Below are positions 17,543 to 26,422 of a DNA stretch of 42,278 nt, in pieces. The position numbers and the translations under genes are program-made. Position 1 is the stretch's first letter. Every line of letters begins with the position of its first letter. Source of the stretch: a virus (lineage: Duplodnaviria > Caudoviricetes); IMG/VR virus record IMGVR_UViG_3300034521_000048, positions 1 to 42,278 of that record, one strand, 5' to 3'. The notes beneath the pieces were generated by a model that saw nothing but the letters and a program-made list of their open reading frames with translations, searched no databases and was not told the origin of the DNA.

Positions 17543-18649
17543 CTATCCCTCAAATGCCGACGCATCCACGCGGCGCAGTTCGTCCAGGGTCAGGTACTCC
17601 CCGGCATCGTTGAACATCTCCGGTACGGTGATTTTGCCGTCACGCAGCATCTGCGCGCGAGTAACGCCCAGCACCTGCTCCTGCCGCGCGTAAGGCTGCC
17701 TCGCAAGCCACTCGGCATAGCTGGTATGTGCTGGCACCTGTCCGTCCATTGAGGCTCGCGTGACGCTGCTCAGCTCGCCTGATGCTATTTGCATTTCCTC
17801 CCACGATTTAGTGATCAGGATTTCACAGGAGCGACAGCAAAAGTGGATTTTGCCGGGTCCGCGCAGATACGGAATTGCATGGCCCAGCGGCTTGCCATCG
17901 AGCGTGTAGAGTTTACGGTCGCGGATGATGCACCACTGGCTGGTGTGGGTGTCCAGAGTCGAAGACCACTGTTTGGCCTTCACGATATCGCTGTTGGCCT
18001 GGGCGAACTCCTGACGCGCTGAAGCAGCCATATGGTTCACCGCCGTGCGCGTGACTACGGCCAGGTCGCGCCGGGATGTGTTGATCACCCCGTCCTCGCG
18101 ATTACGCTGTGGCGTACCAGCAATGCGTCTGACAATCTGCTCTACCGTTTCACCCTGGAGGAAACCGGAGCGCACAGCGTTAGTGATTTTGTCCAGTCGA
18201 TCCGATTCGAGTTTCTGCCCCCACTCCTTGAGCAATCGTCCCTGGAATGGCTGCGCCACGGCAGCAGCGTAAACCTGCTCTGGTGCGATACTCTGGAGCG
18301 GAACGTGCTGGAGAATCTGCTTCGGAATAATGCTGCTGAAGAGGTCCAGTTGATACCCAGCCTCATACTCAACGTAACGAGTCAGTTCGCGCGCCAGCGC
18401 GGAATTAACCGGTTCATATGCCTGTTGGTTGAGATCACGCGCACCAGCCAGCAGCGATGCCAGGCGACGGGCGCTGTACGTATCAGCTCGCTTGCCGTCC
18501 AGCAACACCAGCAATTTGGCAGCCAGGTCAGTATCCATTCTGTTCAGCAACGCGACCATTCGCCGGGCAACGCCAGTACCGTAGCGCGTCACATAAAGGC
18601 CATGCGCTATGGTCTCGTCCTGCAGGCGGTCATTGACAGAGCGGACCAT
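17543..18649 (-). CDS. Minor head protein (Mu gpF / SPP1 gp7 family)
   Basis: VTRTAVNH, WSSTLDTHTS..C..RD and HFCCRS motifs. Confidence 0.88.
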   Translation of the reverse strand: MVRSVNDRLQDETIAHGLYVTRYGTGVARRMVALLNRMDTDLAAKLLVLLDGKRADTYSARRLASLLAGARDLNQQAYEPVNSALARELTRYVEYEAGYQLDLFSSIIPKQILQHVPLQSIAPEQVYAAAVAQPFQGRLLKEWGQKLESDRLDKITNAVRSGFLQGETVEQIVRRIAGTPQRNREDGVINTSRRDLAVVTRTAVNHMAASARQEFAQANSDIVKAKQWSSTLDTHTSQWCIIRDRKLYTLDGKPLGHAIPYLRGPGKIHFCCRSCEILITKSWEEMQIASGELSSVTRASMDGQVPAHTSYAEWLARQPYARQEQVLGVTRAQMLRDGKITVPEMFNDAGEYLTLDELRRVDASAFEG

Positions 18650-18650
18650 G

Positions 18651-20054
18651 CTATACCTCGTCTAACGTTCTGGTATCCAGAGACGATGATTCAGCCAGCA
18701 ATTCGTCCAGGACCTTCTCCGGGTCTGCATCGGCATCAATCAGGTTGAGTTTTTGCAGGGATTTAATCGCATCGATGCGGCGAAGGTCACCGCCCTGACG
18801 TAGCGACTGAATGGCCAGTGCAGCAGGAGGATTGAACTCTTTCGACTCGACATCCAGCTCGGTGCGGACATCGACGTTACCACCCTCAGATTCCCCGATG
18901 TACTCGGCCATAATTTGCAGGATGTTGTCGATCGCATCTTCCAGGCTGGTTGCCATAGTGTAGAGCGGCGATTGTTCCTGCATTTTCTCTTCCGAGGTCT
19001 GGTCTACGGACTTGGTTGAGGTGTTATCAGTGCGCAGCAGCTTCGCGCCTGCCTGGCGCATCTGCTCCACGAGGTCAGCCAGCGACTCTTTGCCAGCGCC
19101 GATGGAAGAGCCAGTATGCTCAACGTATTCGAGTCCCTGCTTTTGTCGGTCACTGAACTTTGTCGCCGAAGAAGAGCCGATGACCAGTTCCTCTCCATCT
19201 TCCAGACCGAACACAGTCAGCAACGGCACGCGCGCTACATGCAGGATGTTGTCCTGCTCGCTCTGGCTCTGCCAGTGCTTAACGTTCAGAAGCGCCATGT
19301 TGAGCAGCGGCGGTGAGCCACACATAAAGCCAGTGCGCTTGGTATAGAGCGTGACCAGCGTGATGTCTTGCCGGGATGTTTGCCACTCCTCGTGTAGCGA
19401 CCAGTTCGCATGGCCGTCGGCACCAGTGGCCTTGCGGTAAATCTGCACCTGCCCGGGCGTCAGCAGGCGAATCTGTTCGACCTTCGTCTGCCCAAAGTCG
19501 TCGCCATCCTCCACCACGATCTCTTTGATGCGCAACGCCGTGAGCTGCACCTTGCCGCCGACCATCTTCGACTTCCAGCCGATAACCTGGCGGGGGTTAA
19601 GCATCGTGACGTATGGCCGCGCGCCAGTAGCTTTCTCGTCAGCCTTAGTCTTCACCTGTTCGGCATCTATCCGGGGATAATCCACCAGCGCATGCGAAAG
19701 GCCGTACTGCATCGCCAAGCTGAAGAATGCCTGCGCCCATACATCGAGGCGACTACCTTCAAGATCCACGTTCTTCGAGAACTCGCGCAGCTGATCTGGG
19801 ACGTTCTCGCCCAGTTGGATGGGCTCAGCAAAAACGCGGCCAACATTCTGGTTGATCGTCTCTTCATACGCAGGGAGTAACGTGGCCACCGCCAGGCGCT
19901 TTTTGTAATCCTCTTTGTCTTCTTTCGGCCAGCGAGGGAGATAAGCCTCGCCAAGCTGGCGCATGTACAGCGTGCCGCCCATCAGAGCGTCGTTAATGTC
20001 CCACGCCTGCACCATGTTCCCATAGTCCAGATTGGGTGTTGAAATATCAGGCAT
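18651..20054 (-). CDS. Portal protein (DUF4055 family)
   Basis: ALMGGT..MRQ.GE.YLPRW and PPLL..A.LN..HWQSQS. Start set at MPDIST (20054). Confidence 0.85.
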   Translation of the reverse strand: MPDISTPNLDYGNMVQAWDINDALMGGTLYMRQLGEAYLPRWPKEDKEDYKKRLAVATLLPAYEETINQNVGRVFAEPIQLGENVPDQLREFSKNVDLEGSRLDVWAQAFFSLAMQYGLSHALVDYPRIDAEQVKTKADEKATGARPYVTMLNPRQVIGWKSKMVGGKVQLTALRIKEIVVEDGDDFGQTKVEQIRLLTPGQVQIYRKATGADGHANWSLHEEWQTSRQDITLVTLYTKRTGFMCGSPPLLNMALLNVKHWQSQSEQDNILHVARVPLLTVFGLEDGEELVIGSSSATKFSDRQKQGLEYVEHTGSSIGAGKESLADLVEQMRQAGAKLLRTDNTSTKSVDQTSEEKMQEQSPLYTMATSLEDAIDNILQIMAEYIGESEGGNVDVRTELDVESKEFNPPAALAIQSLRQGGDLRRIDAIKSLQKLNLIDADADPEKVLDELLAESSSLDTRTLDEV

Positions 20055-20058
20055 GGAG

Positions 20059-21630
20059 TTAAATCCGTAGGTTGGTGACTTTGCCGACTTTCTTCGGCGG
20101 TGAATGCAGCACGGCGTAGCGCGTACCATCCCAGTCGTGGTCTTCCTGCTGGGTGTCTACATCGTCAGGGTTCTTACTGTCGCGGACGAGCACCGGAACA
20201 CGGCTTATCCAGCCCCTGCAGTAGTTGAATACGTAGAATGCTGGCTTCTCAGGCATCCCTGACTCCAGCTTTTTACCTTCAATTACAGCCTCAAGCATGT
20301 CAGCAAACAGGGCTGCACCGTTCACGCGGGATCCCGGCTTCTTGTTGGATGGGACCCATTTAACGCCCTGCGATTCCATCTTCTGGGCAATGGATAATTC
20401 ATCATCACCGGTGTTGTAGATCGCCCCATCAGCCGGTCCGGGGGTAACCTTCTTGCAGATACCGGGCATGATGTTCAGTTGCCCCTGTGTAACACCGTTG
20501 AGCTTTATTTCTTCGGGTTCAGCTAGTTCCTCGCCCACCAGCCGCTTATCAACCCACGCCACGCCCTTGGCGACGTTGGTGGATGACATATTCAGGCCTT
20601 TGTTCAGCTCGTCCGGCGGGCAGCCATACCACTCACCAATCAGAATCAGCGACCCGGCAGGCGGGCAAAACTGGCGACCGTCAGGCAACTCAGCGGCAGT
20701 GCCGTCGGCGCGAGCCCACCAGAGGTTAGAGAACGGCTTGGATTCACCCCAGTCATGAGAGCGATCAACCGTCCAGCAATCAGGTATGCGGAACGGCTTA
20801 ATGACGTGATGCGAAGCATTCCACAGGTGATCAAAGCGCCCGCCGCTGGTGACGTCCCACGAGCCCTCTACCCACGCTTTGCGGCGATTAGGGTCTTTGA
20901 TGGCCATCAGCGTTGCGATGTACTGGGGATCGAGATACGGGTTCTCTTTGAACGAGCCGTGAATAGCCACTCGCGTCAGCGTCACATCCTCTTCGCGTTC
21001 GGTCTGCGGGTTAAACACCTTCTGCGTTTCGCGAATGATAGTGCCGCGCGGTGCTGGCTCAATGAAGCGTTTCTTCACCCAAGTATGGCCGATGCCAAAC
21101 GGGTTGGTGGTGCTGAACGTCTCCAGCGGGATCGGCTTAAGCAGCGAGCCATCATCCAGCGGGTAATTCTCTGGCCGGAACGACGAGCGTCGGCAGGAGA
21201 ACATCATTTCGTAGAACTCAGCAGACTGCTGCTTGGTCAGCTCGTTGAATCCGATGAATGGGAACTCCTGACCGTGGTAGTCCCAGTAGTCACTCTCTTC
21301 TTTCCCGAATCGAAAGAGCAGCTCTTCGCCAGTCGGCCATACCCAGCGCAATTCAGATGCTGACGCCAGATAGCGCGCCCCATCGTTAAACAGGCGGTAC
21401 ATACGCTTTGACTGGGTGATGATGTCGGTGAGGTTTTTATACTCGGTATCAAAAATGACGCCGCGCCAGAACGAGCCATAGCCCAGGCCAACGAGACGAC
21501 GGAAGCGCGCTAACTGAGCGGCAGTTTTACCCGGCCCGCGTGTTCCCTCGTAGAGGATTTCGTTACACGGGCAACTAAGGGAGAGCGATTGCGATCCCGG
21601 CAAAGGTTTCCAGACAGCTTTGTAATTCAT
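20059..21630 (-). CDS. terL: Terminase large subunit
   Basis: Walker A GTRGPGKT, IGFNELT, TTNP motif and C-terminal EDHDWDGTRY. Confidence 0.93.
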   Translation of the reverse strand: MNYKAVWKPLPGSQSLSLSCPCNEILYEGTRGPGKTAAQLARFRRLVGLGYGSFWRGVIFDTEYKNLTDIITQSKRMYRLFNDGARYLASASELRWVWPTGEELLFRFGKEESDYWDYHGQEFPFIGFNELTKQQSAEFYEMMFSCRRSSFRPENYPLDDGSLLKPIPLETFSTTNPFGIGHTWVKKRFIEPAPRGTIIRETQKVFNPQTEREEDVTLTRVAIHGSFKENPYLDPQYIATLMAIKDPNRRKAWVEGSWDVTSGGRFDHLWNASHHVIKPFRIPDCWTVDRSHDWGESKPFSNLWWARADGTAAELPDGRQFCPPAGSLILIGEWYGCPPDELNKGLNMSSTNVAKGVAWVDKRLVGEELAEPEEIKLNGVTQGQLNIMPGICKKVTPGPADGAIYNTGDDELSIAQKMESQGVKWVPSNKKPGSRVNGAALFADMLEAVIEGKKLESGMPEKPAFYVFNYCRGWISRVPVLVRDSKNPDDVDTQQEDHDWDGTRYAVLHSPPKKVGKVTNLRI

Positions 21631-22199
21631 CCACCAAGAACCTCGCTCTGCTGTTTCTGTGCTGCGGCTTCCCAGCTATCCACGTTGTCGCTGGTTGGCA
21701 CCAGCATGACGTTATGAGTCGCTACGACTTTCTGCTCGACCTGCTCTTTGAAGGCCTGCACACGAACGTGCTTACCGAGCAACTCAAGGTTCTTCACCTT
21801 ATCCGGCCACTTAACCTTTTTGAGGATGGTTTCCGCCGTCTCCTCGTCGAAGTTCTGAATAGTGGTGCTAATATCCAACCCAGTGAGTGTGGTTCGCCAC
21901 GACTTTGGCCAGAGGCTGATCGCTTTAAGACTGCCATCGTCATTGAGTATGTCCAGAACATCCATCTGGTCTATCTCAACCAAGCGCCGCAGCACATAAT
22001 CAGCATCAATACCCACATCTTCGTTGCGCTTCGTTTTGAGTTCGGCGATTCTGTTTTGAATGACAGCTTTTGACAGCAATTTTGTAGCGGTACGGTTAGC
22101 AGTTTTAGCGCTGTACCCCACACGAATCGCTGCCTGAGTGGCGTTTAAATCGATGAGGTACTCGCGACAGAACATATCTTGTTTGTCGGTGAGTGCCAT
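21627..22199 (-). CDS. terS: Terminase small subunit
   Basis: LTDKQDMFCREYLIDLNATQAAIRVGYS and DKVKNLELLGKH motifs. Confidence 0.93.
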   Translation of the reverse strand: MALTDKQDMFCREYLIDLNATQAAIRVGYSAKTANRTATKLLSKAVIQNRIAELKTKRNEDVGIDADYVLRRLVEIDQMDVLDILNDDGSLKAISLWPKSWRTTLTGLDISTTIQNFDEETAETILKKVKWPDKVKNLELLGKHVRVQAFKEQVEQKVVATHNVMLVPTSDNVDSWEAAAQKQQSEVLGG

Positions 22200-22269
22200 T
22201 TTAATGCCTCTAGGATGGAACGATGAAAAAGGTACTTTCTAAAATGCAACTCTGCAGGTTTTCTGAACT

Positions 22270-22815
22270 ATGAAGGACAAATTCACAATAGAGATAAGGC
22301 GCTACCTTATAAATCGAATTATTGATGAAACAATTGATAAAAGACTAACTAAATACAACTATTTCATTAGATTAGAGCCTGACGAGGCTGAAATAATGGG
22401 CTGTGAACCACTTGAAAACCCCGTGACTCATTCCGAGAAGCGGGTTGTTCAGGAATGTTCATTTAGGATGCGTGCATCGCTTGAGTTGTCACTAGCACTT
22501 AAACTCATAAAAGATGAAATCCATCCAATAGTGTTGAATGACAATCACGAGTGGATACATTTGTTCGGTGTAACGCGTTTCGGGCGCGTTTATCGGAGAT
22601 TACCCAGATTGCTACAAACATGCATCATTGGATTAACATTAAAAAGCCAAAAACTAATTAAAACTACTACTAAATATAAATGGCTAGCGAGCCTTGTAAG
22701 CTTCTTTATGCTTGCGGCAAAGGTATGGCAATCCGGGGCTATCGATAAAGCCTGGATAGGCATTAGCGCTGCATCTGGCTTATTATTTTTGTGGTTACTA
22801 TCATTTTTGCGATAG
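22270..22815 (+). CDS. Hypothetical membrane protein (moron)
   Basis: 181 aa, AT-rich, antisense to the late operon, two C-terminal hydrophobic helices. Confidence 0.7.
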   Translation: MKDKFTIEIRRYLINRIIDETIDKRLTKYNYFIRLEPDEAEIMGCEPLENPVTHSEKRVVQECSFRMRASLELSLALKLIKDEIHPIVLNDNHEWIHLFGVTRFGRVYRRLPRLLQTCIIGLTLKSQKLIKTTTKYKWLASLVSFFMLAAKVWQSGAIDKAWIGISAASGLLFLWLLSFLR

Positions 22816-22859
22816 GTTAATGATATTAAACCACCGCTTTAAGTGGCTCAGTTATGCTC

Positions 22860-23000
22860 CAATTCAGGCACTACTGCCGGATGTAATCCTGCAACCCAGC
22901 AATCATTTTCCCGCTGGTTCGATTCGCTCTCTGAGGGTGAAATAATCCAGTTCAGCAGAGTCAGTAAGTCGGAGGCTGGTAGCATCCCCCAAGCAACTGG
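22860..23000 (-). pseudogene. Relic of a lambda-type Rz C-terminus
   Basis: Reads DATSLRLTDSAELDYFTLRERIE/frameshift/SGKMIAGLQDYIRQ*CL; compare lambda Rz RLADTAERDYFTLRERL...YINEQC. Confidence 0.7.
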
Positions 23001-23050
23001 ACTAGATCGCTCCGTTCGCGGGACGCCTGGCGCTGCACGGCTTTACTCAC

Positions 23051-23200
23051 TTATTTTTGCGCAGTTGGCTTTTTGATGTATCTGCGCGCTGATGTGTAAT
23101 TCAGCCCCTGCGCTTTACACCAATCCTTCGGTGATACGCCGATTGCAGCATGATCGGACAGGAACCGTTGCTGAAGCACGCCCCAGTCCGGTTTTGCCAT
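23051..23200 (-). pseudogene. Truncated N-terminus of a second, different terminase small subunit
   Basis: MAKPDWGVLQQRFLSDHAAIGVSPKDWCKAQGLNYTSARRYIKKPTAQK* after a GAGGTG RBS; resembles the HTH N-terminus of another enterobacterial terS family (recalled). Confidence 0.65.
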
Positions 23201-23348
23201 TACTCACCTCTTTTAATTGAAAATACTCATAAAAAACAACCAATCACAATCTATGGATAAGTAATTGATTGACTATCTGCGTAATCAACATAATATAGAC
23301 AGTGAAAAGCACCTATAGACAACCATTTTAAACCCAAAAGGTAATGAC

Positions 23349-23690
23349 GTGAAGGTAACTCAACAACGAATCAATGAAGTTGCTCAGATCATGAATGTCG
23401 AAATCTATGAGGAAGCATTTGGAGGTAAGGCCCGCGGCCGTTTTCTTGTCGACCGAAAGCAAATGCGTGACTTACTTGGTACCTCGAAGCTGCACGACTC
23501 TACGCTAGCTAAGCTTTATGTAGCCTGCTTAGATGAGGGTATTGTCATGATTGATTTAGACGAAGTCTTTGCTTTCATCGAAGCGAAAATGGTACGTAAA
23601 TACCGTAAAGCACCAGTAAGGATTACTGACAAATTTGCTCCACCCAATGAATCAGATGATGACTTGATTGAGGAGGAAGAAGAGGACTAA
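23349..23690 (+). CDS. Hypothetical protein with acidic tail (moron)
   Basis: 113 aa, AT-rich upstream region, ends ESDDDLIEEEED. Confidence 0.7.
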   Translation: MKVTQQRINEVAQIMNVEIYEEAFGGKARGRFLVDRKQMRDLLGTSKLHDSTLAKLYVACLDEGIVMIDLDEVFAFIEAKMVRKYRKAPVRITDKFAPPNESDDDLIEEEEED

Positions 23691-23826
23691 CTCTTTGCCG
23701 TTCCTCATTAATCAATGATTGCCATTACGATGGGTTTGCCCATGGTGATGGCAATAAAATAGCCACAAGTGAATTCTTGTGGCTCTGTGAAATCCAGTGT
23801 TGGTCATTAAGCGGAATTCGAATACT

Positions 23827-24108
23827 TCACAATTCTCTGTGTTGATACTGACCGCAGTACTCTTTGATATTATCCACGCTATTGTCCTTATACCCAGATA
23901 AAATAGCAGATGGCTCATTCGAATTTTTAATAAAGCTGTCGATATTTATCTCACACTCATAGACCCAATGTGCGCGACCAGGTACACGATCTGGATTCCT
24001 AAATCGGTAGAACATAACTCGCTTAATTTTTGAAGAATGGGCTCCGTCACTATAAAGTTCGAACTTTTCGCAAGGGCTTGTCAGGATTGTTGTGTGTAAC
24101 TCAAGCAT
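23827..24108 (-). CDS. Hypothetical protein (moron)
   Basis: 93 aa, AAGGAG RBS, AT-rich. Confidence 0.6.
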   Translation of the reverse strand: MLELHTTILTSPCEKFELYSDGAHSSKIKRVMFYRFRNPDRVPGRAHWVYECEINIDSFIKNSNEPSAILSGYKDNSVDNIKEYCGQYQHREL

Positions 24109-24185
24109 TCTTATCTCCTTTGCCCACAGCTAATCTGTGGAAATGAAGATGTTGGGGCTTAGCCAATAAATTCAACTGTCTACTT

Positions 24186-24224
24186 CCATTATCGAAGCCC
24201 CTCAGCGAAGAGCTTCTGTAATGG
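24186..24224 (-). repeat. CATTAC...GATAATG hairpin repeat, copy B
   Basis: Minus strand CCATTACAGAAGCTCTTCGCTGAGGGGCTTCGATAATGG. Confidence 0.8.
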
Positions 24225-24366
24225 TTCGGCTCTTATTCTCAACGCAGCCCCTTGCTGCGCGCCGGATGCTCAGACTGGAGCATCAGCAATGAGATATTGA
24301 AGCGGACCGAAAGCCAGCAGCGTTCCTCATTTTGCCGACAGAGCCATATCGACAGGAGGATGAATA

Positions 24367-24470
24367 TTAGGTGCACCAGTTCACCTTCTGGCAGTTCGCC
24401 TGCCACGCTTTGTTATGCGCCAGCACATCACGTTTGGTTGGCTTGTCCATCACGGTGAAATCATTGCTGC
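24367..24470 (-). pseudogene. Relic of an o-spanin (Rz1-like) C-terminus
   Basis: Reads ...DFTVMDKPTKRDVLAHNKAWQANCQK..., similar to the recalled o-spanin motif DxLDxQTKRDILAHNKAWQANC; no signal peptide upstream. Confidence 0.6.
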
Positions 24471-24502
24471 TGCTCTTTATGATTGATTATTTTTAGAGCT
24501 AA

Positions 24503-24760
24503 GTGGATAGTGAATTAAACCACACAAAGAGTAACTATTTTATGCCTTTCAAATTTTCTCTATTCAGACTCTGGTACTACTTTGCGACCTTTTACGCAGC
24601 AATCACGTTAGGTAAGCAACTCGGGGATCAAATCTACGAGGGGTCACGTCTAACGCAAGCAGCAATAAGCATGGTGATTATTGCCTCTATGTTCATGCTA
24701 TCGCGGAGTTTCTTTAAGATTCTGCAGCAACATTATTCAAATGATAAAAATTTGCTGTAA
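24503..24760 (+). CDS. Small two-TM membrane protein (moron)
   Basis: Two hydrophobic segments; the true start may be the ATG at 24542. Confidence 0.55.
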   Translation: MDSELNHTKSNYFMPFKFSLFRLWYYFATFYAAITLGKQLGDQIYEGSRLTQAAISMVIIASMFMLSRSFFKILQQHYSNDKNLL

Positions 24761-24765
24761 CTCAT

Positions 24766-24803
24766 CCATTATCAAGCCCACCCGCAGATGAGCTTTGTAA
24801 TGG
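24766..24803 (-). repeat. CATTAC...GATAATG hairpin repeat, copy A
   Basis: Minus strand CCATTACAAAGCTCATCTGCGGGTGGGCTTGATAATGG. Confidence 0.8.
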
Positions 24804-24806
24804 CTA

Positions 24807-25028
24807 CTATGCCGACTGAATATCGATGAAGTATTCTTTGCCCTGTTCGAACTGTTCGAATGCTGCTGGGTTGGAGATGTGCATCTGCAACAGACCGCCA
24901 GGTGTGTACTTTGACCAGGTTTTGTTTTCTGGGGTGTCTGCGGTTACAGGGCTCATGTGGATTGTGCGATGTGAATCGTCTTCTGCTTTCTGAATAAAGT
25001 GGCAGCGGAATTTAGCGCGAACGGACAT
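24807..25028 (-). CDS. Hypothetical phage protein
   Basis: 73 aa with a GAGG RBS, directly after Rz. Confidence 0.7.
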   Translation of the reverse strand: MSVRAKFRCHFIQKAEDDSHRTIHMSPVTADTPENKTWSKYTPGGLLQMHISNPAAFEQFEQGKEYFIDIQSA

Positions 25029-25057
25029 GATGGTTCCTCGGTTAGTAAATAGCTCCG

Positions 25058-25576
25058 CTATTGCGAGGCTATAGGATTTTTATTTGACTCTCTCACTGAG
25101 TCGTAAATGCGTTCACACGTCATCCCGGCGGTATAGCGTTCGTCAGCGATTCCAGCATATCGTTTAGCTTCTGCTGCAATATCTCCGAGCATGTTGGCGA
25201 GCATTCCTGCGGTGGTGTCGGTTGTTTTGCTTCGGACGGTAGCGGCAAGATCTGCGGTGTGCTTTGCGGCGTCCAGGGTGGTGGCGAGTTTTCTGGCCTG
25301 CTGCTGCAACTGGCTAACAGTGGCAGACAGGCCAGCAGCAGTGGCAGCAGATTTAGCGGCTTTCGCTTGTGCATCTTTAACAGCCTCATCACGGGCAATA
25401 ATGCGCCCTTGTTCGATCATGCGGGCGGCGGTCTGGGCGTTCGCTGTTTGCGAAGATTCCTCTCTATCGCGATCAGCCCATTTTGTTTCCCAGCTGCGGT
25501 TCGTCCACTCACTACCAGCAAGAAACGCACCGGCCACCATCAGCAACACAACAACAATCTGGTAATGAAGTTTCAT
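25058..25576 (-). CDS. i-spanin Rz-like (DUF2514)
   Basis: N-terminal TM helix, Ala-rich coiled coil and [10 protein letters not shown] motif; ATGA-coupled to the endolysin. Confidence 0.85.
   Translation of the reverse strand: MKLHYQIVVVLLMVAGAFLAGSEWTNRSWETKWADRDREESSQTANAQTAARMIEQGRIIARDEAVKDAQAKAAKSAATAAGLSATVSQLQQQARKLATTLDAAKHTADLAATVRSKTTDTTAGMLANMLGDIAAEAKRYAGIADERYTAGMTCERIYDSVRESNKNPIASQ
25120..25374 (-). CDS. Embedded o-spanin Rz1-like lipoprotein
   Basis: Alternate frame inside Rz: basic N-terminus, hydrophobic stretch, lipobox LASC, Pro-rich, CSPTC. Confidence 0.8.
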   Translation of the reverse strand: MHKRKPLNLLPLLLACLPLLASCSSRPENSPPPWTPQSTPQILPLPSEAKQPTPPQECSPTCSEILQQKLNDMLESLTNAIPPG

Positions 25577-26067
25577 CTCTGACCCCACTCGCAGACTTCA
25601 CGCTCAATCTGGCGCCGGGTCATTAGCCCTTTCCATTGTTTGCCACCGGCATAGACCCAACGCTCCAGCTCAGCACATGCACCAAATGCGTCACCAGTAT
25701 TGAGCTTCTTCAGTAGTGCGGATTTACTGAATGCGCCGGCGCCCACGTTGTAGGTGAAGGAATAAAGTGCCGCTCGGGTGGTTTCTGGGATACGGACTTT
25801 GATCAGCGGATCGATTGCCGCTGCCACCTTGCGCAGGTCTGACTGCAGCAGAGCATCACATTCTTTGTCGGTATAGCGGTGACCGCGGCGAATATCAGTG
25901 CCAGTGTGGCCGTCGCATACTGTCCAGACGCCGACAACATCCTGATAAGCGTAATAACGGCGCCCTTCCAGCCCGTCAGCATTGCCCAGCATCATTGCTG
26001 CAATCGTGATTGCGCCCGAACCACCTGCAATTGCAGTAACCAGTTTATTCCTCAGCGTCGGGTTCAT
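25573..26067 (-). CDS. SAR endolysin (phage 21 R-like lysozyme)
   Basis: Gly/Ala-rich N-terminal SAR segment; E-8x-D-5x-T catalytic triad ([19 protein letters not shown]). Confidence 0.93.
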   Translation of the reverse strand: MNPTLRNKLVTAIAGGSGAITIAAMMLGNADGLEGRRYYAYQDVVGVWTVCDGHTGTDIRRGHRYTDKECDALLQSDLRKVAAAIDPLIKVRIPETTRAALYSFTYNVGAGAFSKSALLKKLNTGDAFGACAELERWVYAGGKQWKGLMTRRQIEREVCEWGQR

Positions 26068-26269
26068 TCTGGCTCCTGTTGCGGCGGTTATCTTCGCGGA
26101 TTTTGAAATACAGATTTGTCAGGTACGTAAGAACAGCAACTACTATGCCCACCAGCACGCCGATGGCGTTCCACTGCTCAGGGCTGTATGCGTTAAGAAT
26201 GCCGTTCAACACGCTCCCCGCAGAGGCGCCATAAGCCGCGCCGGTGGTTATTTTGTCCATTCGAGACAT
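26045..26269 (-). CDS. Class II holin (phage 21 S-type pinholin), dual start
   Basis: [18 protein letters not shown]...[11 protein letters not shown]...[11 protein letters not shown]; Met1/Met4 dual-start motif. Confidence 0.92.
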   Translation of the reverse strand: MSRMDKITTGAAYGASAGSVLNGILNAYSPEQWNAIGVLVGIVVAVLTYLTNLYFKIREDNRRNRSQNEPDAEE

Positions 26270-26376
26270 CTCTCACCTCCGATGAATTCGGGGTGCTGTG
26301 CGTAGTGAGGGTCAGGCTTCACGGGTTGGATTTATCAACAAAGCACGTAGCGGATGATTCCCGTGAGGCCTGAAAT

Positions 26377-26404
26377 AAAAAAGCCCCAGCGGGTGCCGGG
26401 GCTT
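26377..26404 (-). terminator. Terminator after the Q-S moron
   Basis: AGCCCCGGC-ACCC-GCTGGGGCT followed by a T-run. Confidence 0.7.
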
Positions 26405-26422
26405 GAAGTTGATTTGAGTTAA

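Noticed and set aside
23721-24803. Hairpin repeats as CRISPR repeats or integron attC sites
   Set aside because: Spacing is gene-sized and irregular, copies diverge, there are no RYYYAAC/GTTRRRY cores and no cas or intI gene is visible.
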